Shown here piece after piece: positions 34,699 to 46,144 of a DNA stretch of 64,000 bases. The stretch is taken from contig NW_005201287.1 in NCBI RefSeq assembly GCF_000372725.1, positions 837,081-901,080 of the forward strand. Reading direction: 5' to 3'. This stretch comes from Emiliania huxleyi CCMP1516 (taxonomy: Eukaryota). Each line of letters begins with the position of its first letter. Position 1 is the first letter of the stretch. The notes under the pieces were generated by a model that worked only from the letters and a program-made list of their open reading frames with translations, was not told where the DNA came from and ran no database searches. The position numbers and the translations under genes are program-made.

Positions 34699-36180
34699 CT
34701 CCGTGTGCTCCTCCTCGCTCACGCCGTGACCACGAGCCAGTGCGGACCCGGTGAAGATGGTTGCTGCGGGAACCGCGGGTGCTGCGGGAGGAGCAAGTGG
34801 TTGCTGCGGAGCAGCAGTTGTTGCCAGGTGTCCGGGGGGGCTTGCGCTCAGGGCGCCGTGCACCCCCCCGGGGGGGACCCCAGAGGACGGCGCCCTTGTA
34901 AAGGCTGTCGTACATGTGCCGGGAAGAAATTTTGTTGGCGTGAGCAAACTGCTGTGTAAACAGCTAACGCTGTCTCGCCGAGGCTCGCCCCAGCATCTCG
35001 CTCGGGCTCGGGTGTTCCGCTGTTCCCTCACCACCAGGCCTCTCAGTTCACGAGGTGAACCGTGAACCCGGTTCATGAACTAGTTCGCGGTTCACGGTTA
35101 GTTCACGGTTCGTGGTTCACGGACTCGGGGCGGGTGCTAGTCGGTTCACGGTTCACGGTTCAGCTCGACGCTGCCCCGCCTGGTTCGTTCACGGTTCGCG
35201 GTTCGCCCTTTTGTCCTGCCTCGGTTCGGGTTCACGGTTCAGAGTTCACGGTCCGGTTCGAGGGTGAACCACTGAACTAGTTCGTGAACCAAGCTTATTT
35301 TCACACCTCTTACACACCGACACAGTTCGAGAGATTTTTAGCAATACCAATACCAAACAACTCTAACACTCACACGTCATTTGGGGCCTGGAGCCCCTGC
35401 ACAATGATGTTTATGGTGGTTTAAAGTTTGCGGGGGGGGGGGGGGGGGGGCAGGCCCTGTTCACGCGCGCGCGAGACGTGCAGACAGGGTTGCCAGGTGA
35501 GAGCGAATGGCGCGGTTCACGCCTCGCACAACAGAGAGAGAGATGCGCTCTGGCCTCTGCATGGTGGGACATAAAAGAGAGCGAGTACTTGGGCGAGTAG
35601 GCCGTGCGGTCGACGCTGCCGCGCGCGACTTTACGCGCGAGGCGGCGCAGCTTGAGAACGGCGGTGGGCGAGAAGCCGCCGCCGAACGTCTCGTGGAGCA
35701 GCCAGGTTGAAGTTGTTGCGCTTGACAAAGATCGCGTCGTGGTAGAAACCGCGATGCGCCTTGACGTAGCCGTGGCCGTTCTTGTGGTCGAAGGGTTGGC
35801 CGGGCTGCCCGCTTGACTTCATTCACCTCATCGCATCCTCCCGGGCCAGCGTGGGGTTCCGGGAGGTCGACCTTGTACCCCTCGTTGGAGCGGCCGCACA
35901 CTGCTCGGTACCCCCCCCGCACACCTAAGCCCATGGCCGACCCCCCCCCCAGCAGGAGCGCTCTGCTGCTGGGGGGGTCGGGACCCCCCCCCCAGCAGGA
36001 GCGCTCTGCTGCTGGGGGGGTCGGGACCCCCCCCCCAGCAGCAGCGCTCTGCTGCTGGGGGGTGCTGGCATCTCTGTACAGACAGCAGCTGTAAGTAGCT
36101 TGCGTTCGAGTTGCGAGAATTTATGGTCGGCATCAAAATCAGTGGTCTCACCGGCGGGGCCTCCTACTGCCAACCGGGCT

Positions 36181-36837
36181 GTGCGGGGCACGCCAGCCTC
36201 TCTTCTACGCCTCTCGTGCCTCGCGGCGCCTCTGCTTCAAGGAGGGAAGATACGGCTCTCGCAGCCCATCATACGCCGTGACACAGCGGAGAGCACAGCG
36301 GGCTGTACAAGTCCATCAGACAGTGCTCAATGTCTTCGCATGCTCGTCGTTGGTGATATCCGCGCGAGGTCATACGCCACAGGCCAGCAATCACTCGGTG
36401 ATGAGACTACTGATGTAGGCGCGACGCTCTGACACCGAGTGTTGCTCGACGCTGCGACACCGCCGAGTACCGCGCAGCGCTCAACCTCGCGGAGTTGGCC
36501 TCTCGCTATGATCACGCTCCACGGCGGTCGGGCTGCTTGATTTGTCGGAAGACACCCATCTCTGCTGCTGGAGGAGCGCTTCCAATAATCATAGTGGCTT
36601 CGCGCGCGGATTGGACCAGCGCAGTCGATTTGCGACGAGCGAGCGATCCGAGGATCGAGCGGGTGGCCGATAGGCTAGGAAGATCAGCGCTAATCGATCA
36701 ACGTCAGCGAGACGCCCGAGTGAGTGGCTCACTATACCCTATGACCTTGAGCTATGCGTGTGGTATAGTACAAGATAGACTCAGATGGTCACAAGTCTTT
36801 AGTAAAACGCCAGCACTCGGCAGCACGAAGGTGTATT
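36181..36837. mobile_element. 657-bp insertion with GGGCT direct repeat, class unknown
   Basis: Interrupts CCAACCGGGCT|CGAAGGCGCGG, which is intact at about 37664-37685; GGGCT at 36176-36180 and 36838-36842. Confidence 0.7.
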
Positions 36838-37178
36838 GGGCTCGAAGGCGCGGTGAACACAACCGCCTCGAGCGTACCGCTCAAACACGAGCCGAGGGGG
36901 CGGGAGGGGGGGCGGCGGGAGGCGGGAGCTGGGTCCAGTGCGCTCTGCTGCTGGGGGGGTCGGGACCCCCCCCCAGCAGCAGCGCTCTGCTGCTGGGGGG
37001 GTCGGGACCCCCCCCCCCAAAAAGAGCGCTCTTCTGGTGGGGGGGTCAGACCCCCCCCCCCCTATGAGCAGGGATGGGGTTAAAAGTGCATGGGGGGGAC
37101 CCAGAACTGTTCCGCCCACTTTTGTAAAGACCCCCTCAGCGCGGGCTTCTCCTTGTCTTTTTGAAAAAACGGGAACCT

Positions 37179-37278
37179 NNNNNNNNNNNNNNNNNNNNNN
37201 NNNNNNNNNNNNNNNNNNNNNNNNNNNNNNNNNNNNNNNNNNNNNNNNNNNNNNNNNNNNNNNNNNNNNNNNNNNNNN
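37179..37278. other. Assembly gap (100 N)
   Basis: N run. Confidence 1.
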
Positions 37279-38784
37279 CCCCCCCTTAAGGGGCAGGGGC
37301 CCTTGTGGAAGCCGTATTTGGCCTTGAGGGGGGGTGACGCCCCTTTGTTGGATTTTTGGGAGGGCCCCCCCTATTGTGGGTCCCCCCCGTGCAAATTAAA
37401 AGCAAGGGCGGACCCCCCCCCCCCAGCAGAAGGGTTTTGCTGGTGGGGGCGCTCTTCTGCTGGGGGGGTGGGGACCCCCCCCCCCCAGCAGCAGGGCACT
37501 GTTGCTGCGGGGGTCCGGATCCCCCCCCCCAGCAGGAGCGCTCTGCCTGTGGGGGGTGCCGGCATCTCTGTACGGACAGCAGCTGTAAGTAGCATGTGTT
37601 CCAGTGGCGAGAATTTATGGTCGACACCAAAATCAGTGGTCTCACCGGCGGGGCCTCCTACTGCCAACCGGGCTCGAAGGCGCGGTGAACACAACCGCCT
37701 CGAGCGTACGCTCAAACACGACCCAAGGGTGGAGGGCCCCCGCCGAAAAAGAGGCGGCAGACCTGGGTAATTCCATTCCCGCTCCGGGGGGGGGTGGTCT
37801 CCCCCCCCCAGCAGCAGCGTTCTGCTGCTGGGGGGGTCAGACCCCCCCCCCCCTAGCAGCAGGGATGGGCTTAGAAGTGCAGGGGGGGTACCGAGCAGTG
37901 TGCGGCCGCTCTTGTACTGCCGGGTGAGCTCTGGTTTCTCCTTGTCACCGTGCACGACCGGCGCGTTGGCTGGGGCGCGCATCGCGTCCGCCCAGGCGGC
38001 GAGGACGCCGTCGTGGGGCCGCCGGTGGTTGTTTTGCACAGTTCGCGAACCACAGTTCGCGAACCATCCGTGAACCGAGACCCAGAAACTCGAACCAGGC
38101 CAGCGCGCGGCGAAAGCCGGAACAAATGCGCAAGCACGAGAAGGACTATGAGCCCGGCAAGTAGGTTGGTGGGGGCGGTTCACGATCTAGTTCTCGCGAA
38201 CCCAGTTCGCGAACCGCCGCGCGAACTTGGTGGGGGCGGTTCACGAACCAGTTCGCGAACCCAGTTCGCGAACCGGCGGTTCACCGCCGGTTCGCCAGAC
38301 TCGGTTCGTTCACGGTTCACGGTTCGCGGCGGGTGTCGCGGGAGGAGTCGGTTCACGGATCACGGTTCACGGACTTGGGGTGGGGACTAGTCGGTTCACG
38401 GTTCGGGGTTCACGGACTCGGGGCGGGGGCTAGTTGGTTCACGGTTCACGGTTCACGATTCCGGCGTGAACTGAGAGGCCTGCTCACCACCGCAAGGACC
38501 CCGTGAGGCGTGAGGTTACCCCGCTCTCCGATAAGCACTTCCTGACCTCTCACACATCCCGAAAAAACTTGGTATTGCTAAAAATCTCTTTCTCACATCC
38601 CGCAAAATCCAGCGCGTGGTAAGGTGCCTATATGGGCTTCCAGTATCGGACCTTCAACACATGCGCTTTTGGCCGGCAACCTCCTCGGACAGCGCGGCAT
38701 CATGACCGGGTGCGGCGGGAGACAAAACCGGCCGGATGCTTCAGCTCTAGTTTGCTGCGTCCGACGAGACATACTCTTCGAACG

Positions 38785-40120
38785 ATGTGCAAGCCGCCAC
38801 TGCGCGACGACGTGGAGTGGGCATCCGAGCCCGAGAAGATGCTGCAGCCCGGCAGCAGCCCGCCCGCGTGCAACACTCAACCGCGCTGTGATCGACGCCT
38901 CTGCCGCGGCCTCACTGCAGCTGTCACCGCCGCCGTGCTCATGGCCGGCTACCTCGTGCTCGGCAAGCTCTTCCTGGGCAGCGGCTCGGGCGCCGGGCCG
39001 ACGGCTTTTCTCGTCTGCCGGCAGGTGCTTGCGAGCGGCCTCCTCGTCGCGGGCGCTCTCGCACTGCACGGGCCGCAGCTGCCGCGGCGAGCGGACATGC
39101 CGTCGGTACAGCGGCTCGGCCTCTACAACTTTATCAACGCGCTCGGCTTCCTGTGGGGCGTGCAGTTGACGACGCCCTTCGTCACGTCTGTGGCTCAGCT
39201 CGCCATCCCAGTGCTCGTCCTCGCCCACGCTGCGTGCTGCGGGAGGCAGCGGGTCACCTTGTTCAAGGTCAGAGCACGCCCTCTCTCCTCGCTCCCTCAC
39301 ACCGCTCTCGCCGCATCCCTCTCCCGCCCGATACAGGCGGCCGGTGTCCTCGTGCTCGTCGCCGGGTGTGCGCTCGTCGCCGCCGGCGCTCACAGTGCCG
39401 CCGCAGCGCCATCCGCCGTCGGCCGGCCTCGAGGGCACCACGGCTCCGCGCGGCTGCTGCTGGGTCTGGCCGTCCTCGCGGTGCAGTGCTCCTCCTTTGT
39501 CGGCCTGCTGCTAGAGCAGGTCCGCACGCGCACCGCCAGACAGCCAGACAGCCGCGACGAGAACCGCCGCCGCGGCCGCCGCGACCGCCGCGACCGCCGC
39601 GACCGCCGCCACGACCCGCTCACCCTTGCCCCTTGCCGCGCCCCTGTCGCAGGAGCGACTCGTCCGCAGCTACCCCGTCAGCTGGGTCCTCGCCTGGGCC
39701 TACGCCTCCTGCACGCTCCTCTCCTGCGCCGCCGCCGCCGCCGACGGCTCGCTCGGCGCTGTCGGCGCGGCACTCGCCTCCCCTCGCGACGCGGCCATCG
39801 TCGCGTACTCGGCCACGTGCGGCTGCGTCGCCTACTTCGTGCTGATCGCTTACGCGTCGAAGCACCTGCCCGCCGAGCTCGTCTCGGTCACCGTCGCCGT
39901 CGAGCCCCTCGCCGTCTCCGCGCTCGGCATGCTGCTGCTCGGCGCAGAGCCGTGCGCCGCCGAGGGGGCGGGCTTCGCGCTCGCCTTTGGCGGGACGGCG
40001 CTACTCTCGCGCGCGGTGCAGTCCGAGTCGGAGGGCAGGGAGAGAGGCGGGCAGGCCGGGCCACCAGGGGGCGCCTCGGACCAGGAGGCGTCATTCCGAG
40101 ACCCACTCATCCGAGCCTAG
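38785..40120 (+). CDS. EamA / drug-metabolite transporter (WAT1-like), multi-exon
   Basis: Multiple TM helices; GPTAFLVCRQVLAS, GVQLTTP, IPVLV, YASKHLPAELVSV..AVEPLAVSALG. Confidence 0.8.
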
Positions 40121-40441
40121 TCGCTATAGTGCGGGCGCCGCGCCCGGCCCTGAGCTGTGTGTAAGATCTCGAGCGTCTATATATGTGGAATGTGCGTGAT
40201 GGCTCCGCCTCTACGCGGTCCGTGCGCCCCTCATTACGTACATCGTGTTCGTTGCGTGTGAACGGCTGGCTGTGTGTGTTTTACGTCGTTGCGCGGTCTC
40301 TCCAGAGAGCGCGATGCGCGAGACGGCCTCAGGCCTGGCCTTTTTCGTTTTCCGAGCCGTATACGGGCTACGGCTTTATAAGTAGCACGTACGGACAATT
40401 GTACGATGCGGGTCCCATGACATAGTACTCATGACTTGGCA

Positions 40442-42115
40442 TCAGTTCGCCTTCCACGTGAAGGGCCGGCGGTACACGTCATGTATGACGGGATCGACGG
40501 TGTAGTTAGCCAAATCAAACCTGGCGCCCTTCGAGGGCGCCGCGAGAATACTCAGCGTTTCCGGGTCGCCGAGTGCGTCGCCCTTCCACGTCCACCAGTC
40601 AAAGTTGAAGCTAGGAAGCTCGGAGTGGAAGAGCTCGAGCGAGTCCTCGATCCACCGCTGGCAGCGGCCACCCGTCTCCTTGTGGCAGGGGCACATGATC
40701 TGGTCGACCCACAGAGGGACCTGGTGCTCGCGCTGGAAAGCGATCGCCGGCTCCAAGTAGCCCGCCAGCATCTCCTTTGTGTAATTCCACCGGTCGATGT
40801 CCCGGTAGTCTTTGGTCTTCCTCACCTTGGGGCAGCCCTTGATGCACGCGCCTTTGTATGCGCCCGCGAACACGCAAGGTATGCTTGTCTGCCCGTACCA
40901 GTTCACGCCGTGGTCGTGGATTTTACCGATGCTGCACGACCAGTTCAACACATAGATAACATTGGGATCGCTCAGCTTGTCGGCTTCAGAAAAATGGCAG
41001 GCGCAATAGCCACTCGGTGTGGCTGCAATCGGGATGGCGGGGTCGGCGGTGCGGATGGCTGACACCACCTGGTCGAAGAGGTGCCGGACCTGATTCGGTG
41101 TCCAGCATGGGCTCCAGCCGGTTTCTTTGGTGCCACGGTGGACAACGTGAGGCTCCGATGCGGGCTCGTACCACGCGATGTTCGTCCTGTTCAGGTAGCG
41201 CGAGGCGATGCACCTCCACGTGTGCAGCCACAGCCCTAGCGCGGTGGCGTTGCCAATGTAGTCGCTCTCGCACGGGACCTCGTGCGGCGCTTCCTGCCGC
41301 GTTGAGACGGTGCCCCAGTTGTTGCGCAGCGCGATGGTCACGTAGACGCCCTCCTGCTCGAGCCAGCCCACAATATCGTCCATGTACTTGAGCCACCCCG
41401 GCTTGATGTTGCAGGTGGAAGGCGAGAAGGGCTGGTATGCGTCCTTGTAGTCTTCGCTGTAGACGATCTCGGCCTCGCCGGCGGCGGTGCTGACGAATGT
41501 ACCGTCGTAGAAGTCGAGCACGAGGCGCACATGGTTCAACCCCGGCAGGAGCCTCTTGGCGATGACCGCGTCGCTGTAGTTGTACAGATGCTCGCCTTTG
41601 TCATTCAGGGACCTCCGGCCATAGTTGACGCCCTTGGGAACGAATATCTGCCCTGTGGGGTCGCGGATGTGGACGCCGTCCACCCTCATCCTGGGAGCGA
41701 CTCTGGTGCCACATTCTGCGCAGCCCGGACAGCCGCCCCAAGTGCACTTTTCCTCCCAGGCCTGGCTCTTTTCCGCGCAAAATGGCTTGCACGTCGGCAG
41801 TGCGCGGAGCGCGCACTCCTCGCAGCCCCAGCAGCCTTCCCAGTCACAGCGCTGCTCCCACGGCTGCGTTTTGCCCCTGCAAAAGCGCAGGCATGGGATG
41901 TGCGGCGGTGGTCGGGGCGGTGGGGGCGGCGCCGGGGGCTTTGGGGGCGGCGAGAGCGAGCACGCGGCACAGCCCCCACAGCCGTTCCAGTTGCAACGCG
42001 TTTCCTCCGAGAAGTGCGATTTCAAGTCGCAAAAGGGTTTGCACTCACCGCTCGCCCCAGTGAGCGGCAGGAGCGCGAGGATCAGTCGCATTGGCGCGAG
42101 TCTGCATGCGCCCAT
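40442..42115 (-). CDS. Secreted glycoside hydrolase family 5-like protein with three N-terminal Cys/Trp repeats; intronless
   Basis: Signal peptide; RVDGVHIRDPTGQIFVPKGVNY, LNHVRL, IASRY...IAWYEPASEPH, VPLWVDQ, WWTWK. Confidence 0.8.
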   Translation of the reverse strand: MGACRLAPMRLILALLPLTGASGECKPFCDLKSHFSEETRCNWNGCGGCAACSLSPPPKPPAPPPPPRPPPHIPCLRFCRGKTQPWEQRCDWEGCWGCEECALRALPTCKPFCAEKSQAWEEKCTWGGCPGCAECGTRVAPRMRVDGVHIRDPTGQIFVPKGVNYGRRSLNDKGEHLYNYSDAVIAKRLLPGLNHVRLVLDFYDGTFVSTAAGEAEIVYSEDYKDAYQPFSPSTCNIKPGWLKYMDDIVGWLEQEGVYVTIALRNNWGTVSTRQEAPHEVPCESDYIGNATALGLWLHTWRCIASRYLNRTNIAWYEPASEPHVVHRGTKETGWSPCWTPNQVRHLFDQVVSAIRTADPAIPIAATPSGYCACHFSEADKLSDPNVIYVLNWSCSIGKIHDHGVNWYGQTSIPCVFAGAYKGACIKGCPKVRKTKDYRDIDRWNYTKEMLAGYLEPAIAFQREHQVPLWVDQIMCPCHKETGGRCQRWIEDSLELFHSELPSFNFDWWTWKGDALGDPETLSILAAPSKGARFDLANYTVDPVIHDVYRRPFTWKAN

Positions 42116-42997
42116 GGTCGACGGGCGGCCTTGCCGGACAAGTGCCTCCGGACAAGTGCCTCCATCGTCCGTCCGAAACTATCGTTCATTCCCTACAATG
42201 AATCGCCTAAGAGCGTAACCGCCCTTAAATCGAGGACCCCTCTGACAAATCGCGGCGGGTTGTGTGTGCAACCTCCCGATTTCTATAACACCTTTCTATT
42301 ACACTCTGATTTGCCACACACACACTCACACACAAAACAACTATCTATATCACACACAACAAACACCTACACACACACATAGCCACATGCATGTGCATGT
42401 AGGACATGCACCTCACATGTGCATGCACATATGGATAGCCAGTCGGTCGGTGCCCTCCCTCCACCCCCGCGCCGGCGCCGAATGTAAACTTATTATTTTT
42501 TGCGTCGGACCCTTTTTTTTGCCGATGGCACAACTGCTTCGGTGTCGTACGAGAAGTCTTTTACTTTTTTATATTTTATTCTTTATTCTGTATTCTTTCT
42601 TGCTCCGTCCGGGCATAAACAGGGCACAGGCAGGAAGAGCGTTCGATCGATCGATCGACGTAACGACGAGTGAGCCGCTACCAGCAAGGGGACGTGCATT
42701 TTGCTGGTTCTCTTGATCGGGAGCGCACCCCCACTCACTTACTTCATCCCACAGTGGCACAAACAAAGCGAAAGAATTTTACATGGAAACTCCCTCGCTC
42801 GCCTCTCTCTAGGCACGGGACTGGCGCGCGTGCACTGGCACTAACACAGGTACACCCACGGGAGCCGCCTAAGCGACTCCTGCGAGGACGCGCGGCTTAG
42901 CCGTGCAAAAAAGAAAGTTGTGCCGCGCGTTTTCCCTCCCTGTCTTGAAAGTCCCAAGGACACGCCATTTCGCGGCGCGGTTACCGTCCTGGCGATC

Positions 42998-43981
42998 ATG
43001 AAGCTCGACCAAAGTGCCCAGGCAGCTATGGCTGCCGGCGGCATTGCGCTCCTCCGCGCCAGTTGGCTACTCAAAGCCGCCAGGCGCGGCTCGCTCGGAC
43101 CTCGCGAGTCACTCCCGCCGGAAGCATTCATCCCGCCAGCCTCGCCACCATGTCCATCTCGGATCGTTTGCGTCTCCCACGTGACCCACCCAGACCCTTC
43201 CATCCATCTGCGCTCCATTGCCAATGCGCTCAGCCTGCTAATCAGCGCCAAGGGTGATGACGATTGGGCCGTCTTCTGGGACGATTTCTCGTTGGGCGAA
43301 ATGCACACAGGCCGTCGACCATCGGTCGCCAAACGCCTTCAGTCGGCGGCTGTTCGTTCACTCTTCTCCCACCCAAGCACCTACGTCTTACTGCTCACCT
43401 GTGGTGGCGAGATCGCGGGTCCCAGCTACTACTCATCCGGCCGGTGCGTGCTCTACTCAGCCCTCGCCACGCTGGTCAAGGGCGGCCCATTGTCGGACAA
43501 GGTGCTGGATCTGGGCAAGGATGCTGGGGCTGCCACTCACTGGCGGGAACTGGAGGGGCTGTTGAGAGCGGATCGGAGGCCACCCCTCACTCCTGCGGCT
43601 TTCGCCGAGTTCGCCTCAACGCTGGAGCTCTCCACTGAGGCGGAGCGGGCGCTGACTGTGGATCTATACCGTTGTGGCTTCAACGAGCGGATGAGTAGTG
43701 TGGAATGCCTCTACTTTAGCGCACTCGGCTGGGGCGACGAGGAGGTGAGGCTGGTGGCCGCGGTGCTCGCTGAGCCGGCGCTCTTCAAGCTGGAGTCGGT
43801 TGTCCTCAACGGGAACGATACCGGCGCCCCTGGCCTGCAGTCGCTGCTCGACGCCCTGCCGCTCTCGTCGCCGCGACTCGCCGAGCTTGACGTGAGGAAC
43901 CAGCACCAGCGCGAGCCGGACGAGGTGGAGAGGCGGTTGCGCGCGGAGTGCGAGGCGCGGGGGATATTGGTCCGGACCTGA
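42998..43981 (+). CDS. HET/TIR-like domain + short RI-type leucine-rich repeat protein
   Basis: IVCVSH..HPDP, AVFWDDFSL, YYSSGRC, RRPPLTP, then LYFSALGWGDEEV and LESVVLNGNDTGAPGLQSL. Confidence 0.6.
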   Translation: MKLDQSAQAAMAAGGIALLRASWLLKAARRGSLGPRESLPPEAFIPPASPPCPSRIVCVSHVTHPDPSIHLRSIANALSLLISAKGDDDWAVFWDDFSLGEMHTGRRPSVAKRLQSAAVRSLFSHPSTYVLLLTCGGEIAGPSYYSSGRCVLYSALATLVKGGPLSDKVLDLGKDAGAATHWRELEGLLRADRRPPLTPAAFAEFASTLELSTEAERALTVDLYRCGFNERMSSVECLYFSALGWGDEEVRLVAAVLAEPALFKLESVVLNGNDTGAPGLQSLLDALPLSSPRLAELDVRNQHQREPDEVERRLRAECEARGILVRT

Positions 43982-44174
43982 GAGGGGGTGCCCGTCCGAG
44001 CTGTGGTGGGCCTGTGGTGGGCGCTCTGGCCCACTGGCCCGCGGATGTGCGTTTTCTTAGCCGTGCTGGCTGGCTGACTGACTGACAGCAGCGTGCGATA
44101 TGGATACTCAGGCCGTGAGAAAGATGATTTTATGTTCTCTCTAAGCACTCTCTTTCCAACAAACAACAACCACA

Positions 44175-45460
44175 CTTATATCGACCCGCGAATCTCAACA
44201 ACAACAACGTATTGCTAAAAATCTCGAATCTCCCCCCATGCGGCCTGTATCGTGCGCGGCGGCGGCGAGGGCGAGGGCGGAGCGGGCGTGGGGGTGGCAG
44301 AAAGAAAGAAAGAAAACAGACAACCCAAGGGAGGGATAGGAGGACGGCACGCCGCCACCACACAGGGATTTTAAGGAGAGGAGTGTGGTGCTAGCCCTCG
44401 CCCACCCTAACCTTTGGTCGTCTGCCTCTTTCTATCTCCCTTCGCAGTCCCTCGCCGATTCTCGCTGCAACCCTCATGCCACCTCGCGGTCGTCCCACTC
44501 TCGTCGTTCTCCCTCCTGTCGTTTCCTCCTCTGTCGCGTCGCTCTCGTCTGCCTCGTCCTGCGACGCCGCCGCCGCCTGCCGATCCCTTGGTCTCGCGGC
44601 TTCTCCCGCCTTTCGGCGCAACTCTGCCCTCCTCGCGGCATATCCTGGCCCCTCGAGTTTATCGAGCTCTCCTCGAGCAAGGACGACTCTTCTGACGCCC
44701 ACTGCAATCATTTGCCGCCAAGTCATATCGTTGCTCAGGTCCACTCTCTCTTCGAACACTTGTGCCTCCACGGATGATGTTGGCGCTGGGGTCCCCTTCG
44801 GGTGCATCGTTACAGCTGACGACGGGATTACCACTGGTGTTTCGTCTTCCTCGGAGTCTTCTTCCCCGGCTTCCCCCCGTTCGGCTCGTGGGGGTGGCGA
44901 TGCCGATGGCGGTTCGACTGGTTTTCTTCTTCGAGCTCGCGACCTCCCAAGCGCGAACTCGCTCTGAGCCTAGCGCAGCGCGAGATTTGCGCAGCAACAC
45001 GAAAGAAAGAAAGAAAACAGACAACCCAAGGGAGGGATGGGAGGACGGCACGCCGCCACCACACAGGGATTTTAAGGAGAGGAGTGTGGTGTTAGCCCTC
45101 GTCCTTGCGCGAGGAGAGCTCGATAAACTCGAGCGAGGGGCCAAAATATGCCGCGAGGAGGGCAGAGCTGCGACGAAAGGCGAGAGAAGAAGCGAGAGCA
45201 AGGGAGCGGCAGGCGGCGGCGCCGTCGCAGAACGAGGCAGAGGAGAGCGACGCGACAGAGGTAGAAGCGATACAAGAGAGAGAACGACGAGAGTGGGACG
45301 ACCGCGAGGTGGCATGAAGGCTGCAGCGAGAATCGGCGGAGAGACTGCGAGATATAGGAAGAGGCGGACGCCTTGGAGGGTGGGCGACGGCTAGCGCATC
45401 ACACCCCTCTCCTTAAAATCCCTGTGTGGTGGCGGCGTGCCGTCGGCTCCCATCCCTCCC
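44175..45460. repeat. Composite repeat block containing an inverted repeat with ~360-bp arms (about 44325-44688 vs 45098-45460)
   Basis: Arms are diverged reverse complements (both translate to MPPRGRPTLVVL...); three copies of the dispersed repeat core are included. Confidence 0.85.
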
Positions 45461-45463
45461 TTA

Positions 45464-45973
45464 GGGGACCCCTAGGCTTAAAAGGGTGGGCCCTGGGGCG
45501 CCTGCGGCTTAAACGGCTTAAAACGGCCCATTTTAAGGCTGCCTGGGCCTAGGCCCATTTTAAGGCTGCCTGGGCCGCCGATTCCTTGAACGGTCTTAAA
45601 CGCTTAAACGGTGCGGGAGAGCTCCCGAGGTCGATGGTCCGGGAGGCTCCCGGTAGACGCCGTAGGCCGGGAAGCTGGCTACAGTCAGCTAGCACGCGTC
45701 CCCTATGCGAGTATGGCTCCTGCCAGTGCACCAGACTTACAGATGTGTCTTCAGAGGCGGGTTTGTGCCCAATAACGGCAGTATTGGACAATTGGAGAAA
45801 ACGGCGCGGAACCCAGCGACGCATGCCGGCGAGGCCGATTTTCTTAAACGGTCTTAAAAGAGGGACCCCCCGTGCCTGCAATCTCTTAAATGGCAAGTTA
45901 AGCCCCCAAACCGCCTCGTTTCTTAAAAGGTCTTAAAAAAACCCGACCCTGCCTCAGAACCCTAGGGGTCCCC
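45464..45973. mobile_element. MITE, about 510 bp
   Basis: TIR GGGGACCCCTAGG / CCTAGGGGTCCCC flanked by TA on both sides; internal CTTAAA motifs; an identical left end recurs at 63950-64000. Confidence 0.85.
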
Positions 45974-46144
45974 TAAGCCTCGCCCGCACCCTAACCCTTG
46001 GTCGTCTGCTCTTTCTATCTCCCTTCGCAGTCCCTCGCCGATTCTCGCTGCAACCCTCATGCCACCTCGCGCAGCAACCCGGCCGGACAACCCTTTGGAA
46101 AAACTTTCTTCTTCGAGCTCGCAATCTCCTCCACGAACAGCCCG

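Larger units (their letters stand above)
35888..37911. mobile_element. Nested TIR element with 3-bp TSD (PIF/Harbinger-like, non-autonomous)
   Basis: TIR GAGCGGCCGCACACTGCTCGGTACCCCCC at both ends; TTG duplicated at 35885-35887 and 37912-37914; internal CAGCAGAGCGCTCTGCTG-type and G/C-run repeats. Confidence 0.85.
35370..38035 (-). mobile_element. Degenerate 3' fragment of a non-LTR retrotransposon with restriction-like endonuclease, split by a nested element
   Basis: Minus-strand remnants HRRPHDGVLAAW...KPELTRQY|NEGYKVDL...NEVK...LLHETFGGG...ISLSVVRGVNRAI, frameshifted, followed by a G-run (poly-C on the minus strand). Confidence 0.6.
35035..38482. mobile_element. Non-autonomous hAT-like DNA transposon
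   Basis: Perfect 18-bp TIR CAGGCCTCTCAGTTCACG (35035-35052 / 38465-38482); 8-bp TSD CTCACCAC (35027-35034, 38483-38490); subterminal GGTTCACG arrays at both ends; no transposase ORF. Confidence 0.9.

Noticed and set aside
45985..46000. CCCTAACCCT telomere-like motif
   Set aside because: Fewer than two units and part of the dispersed repeat.
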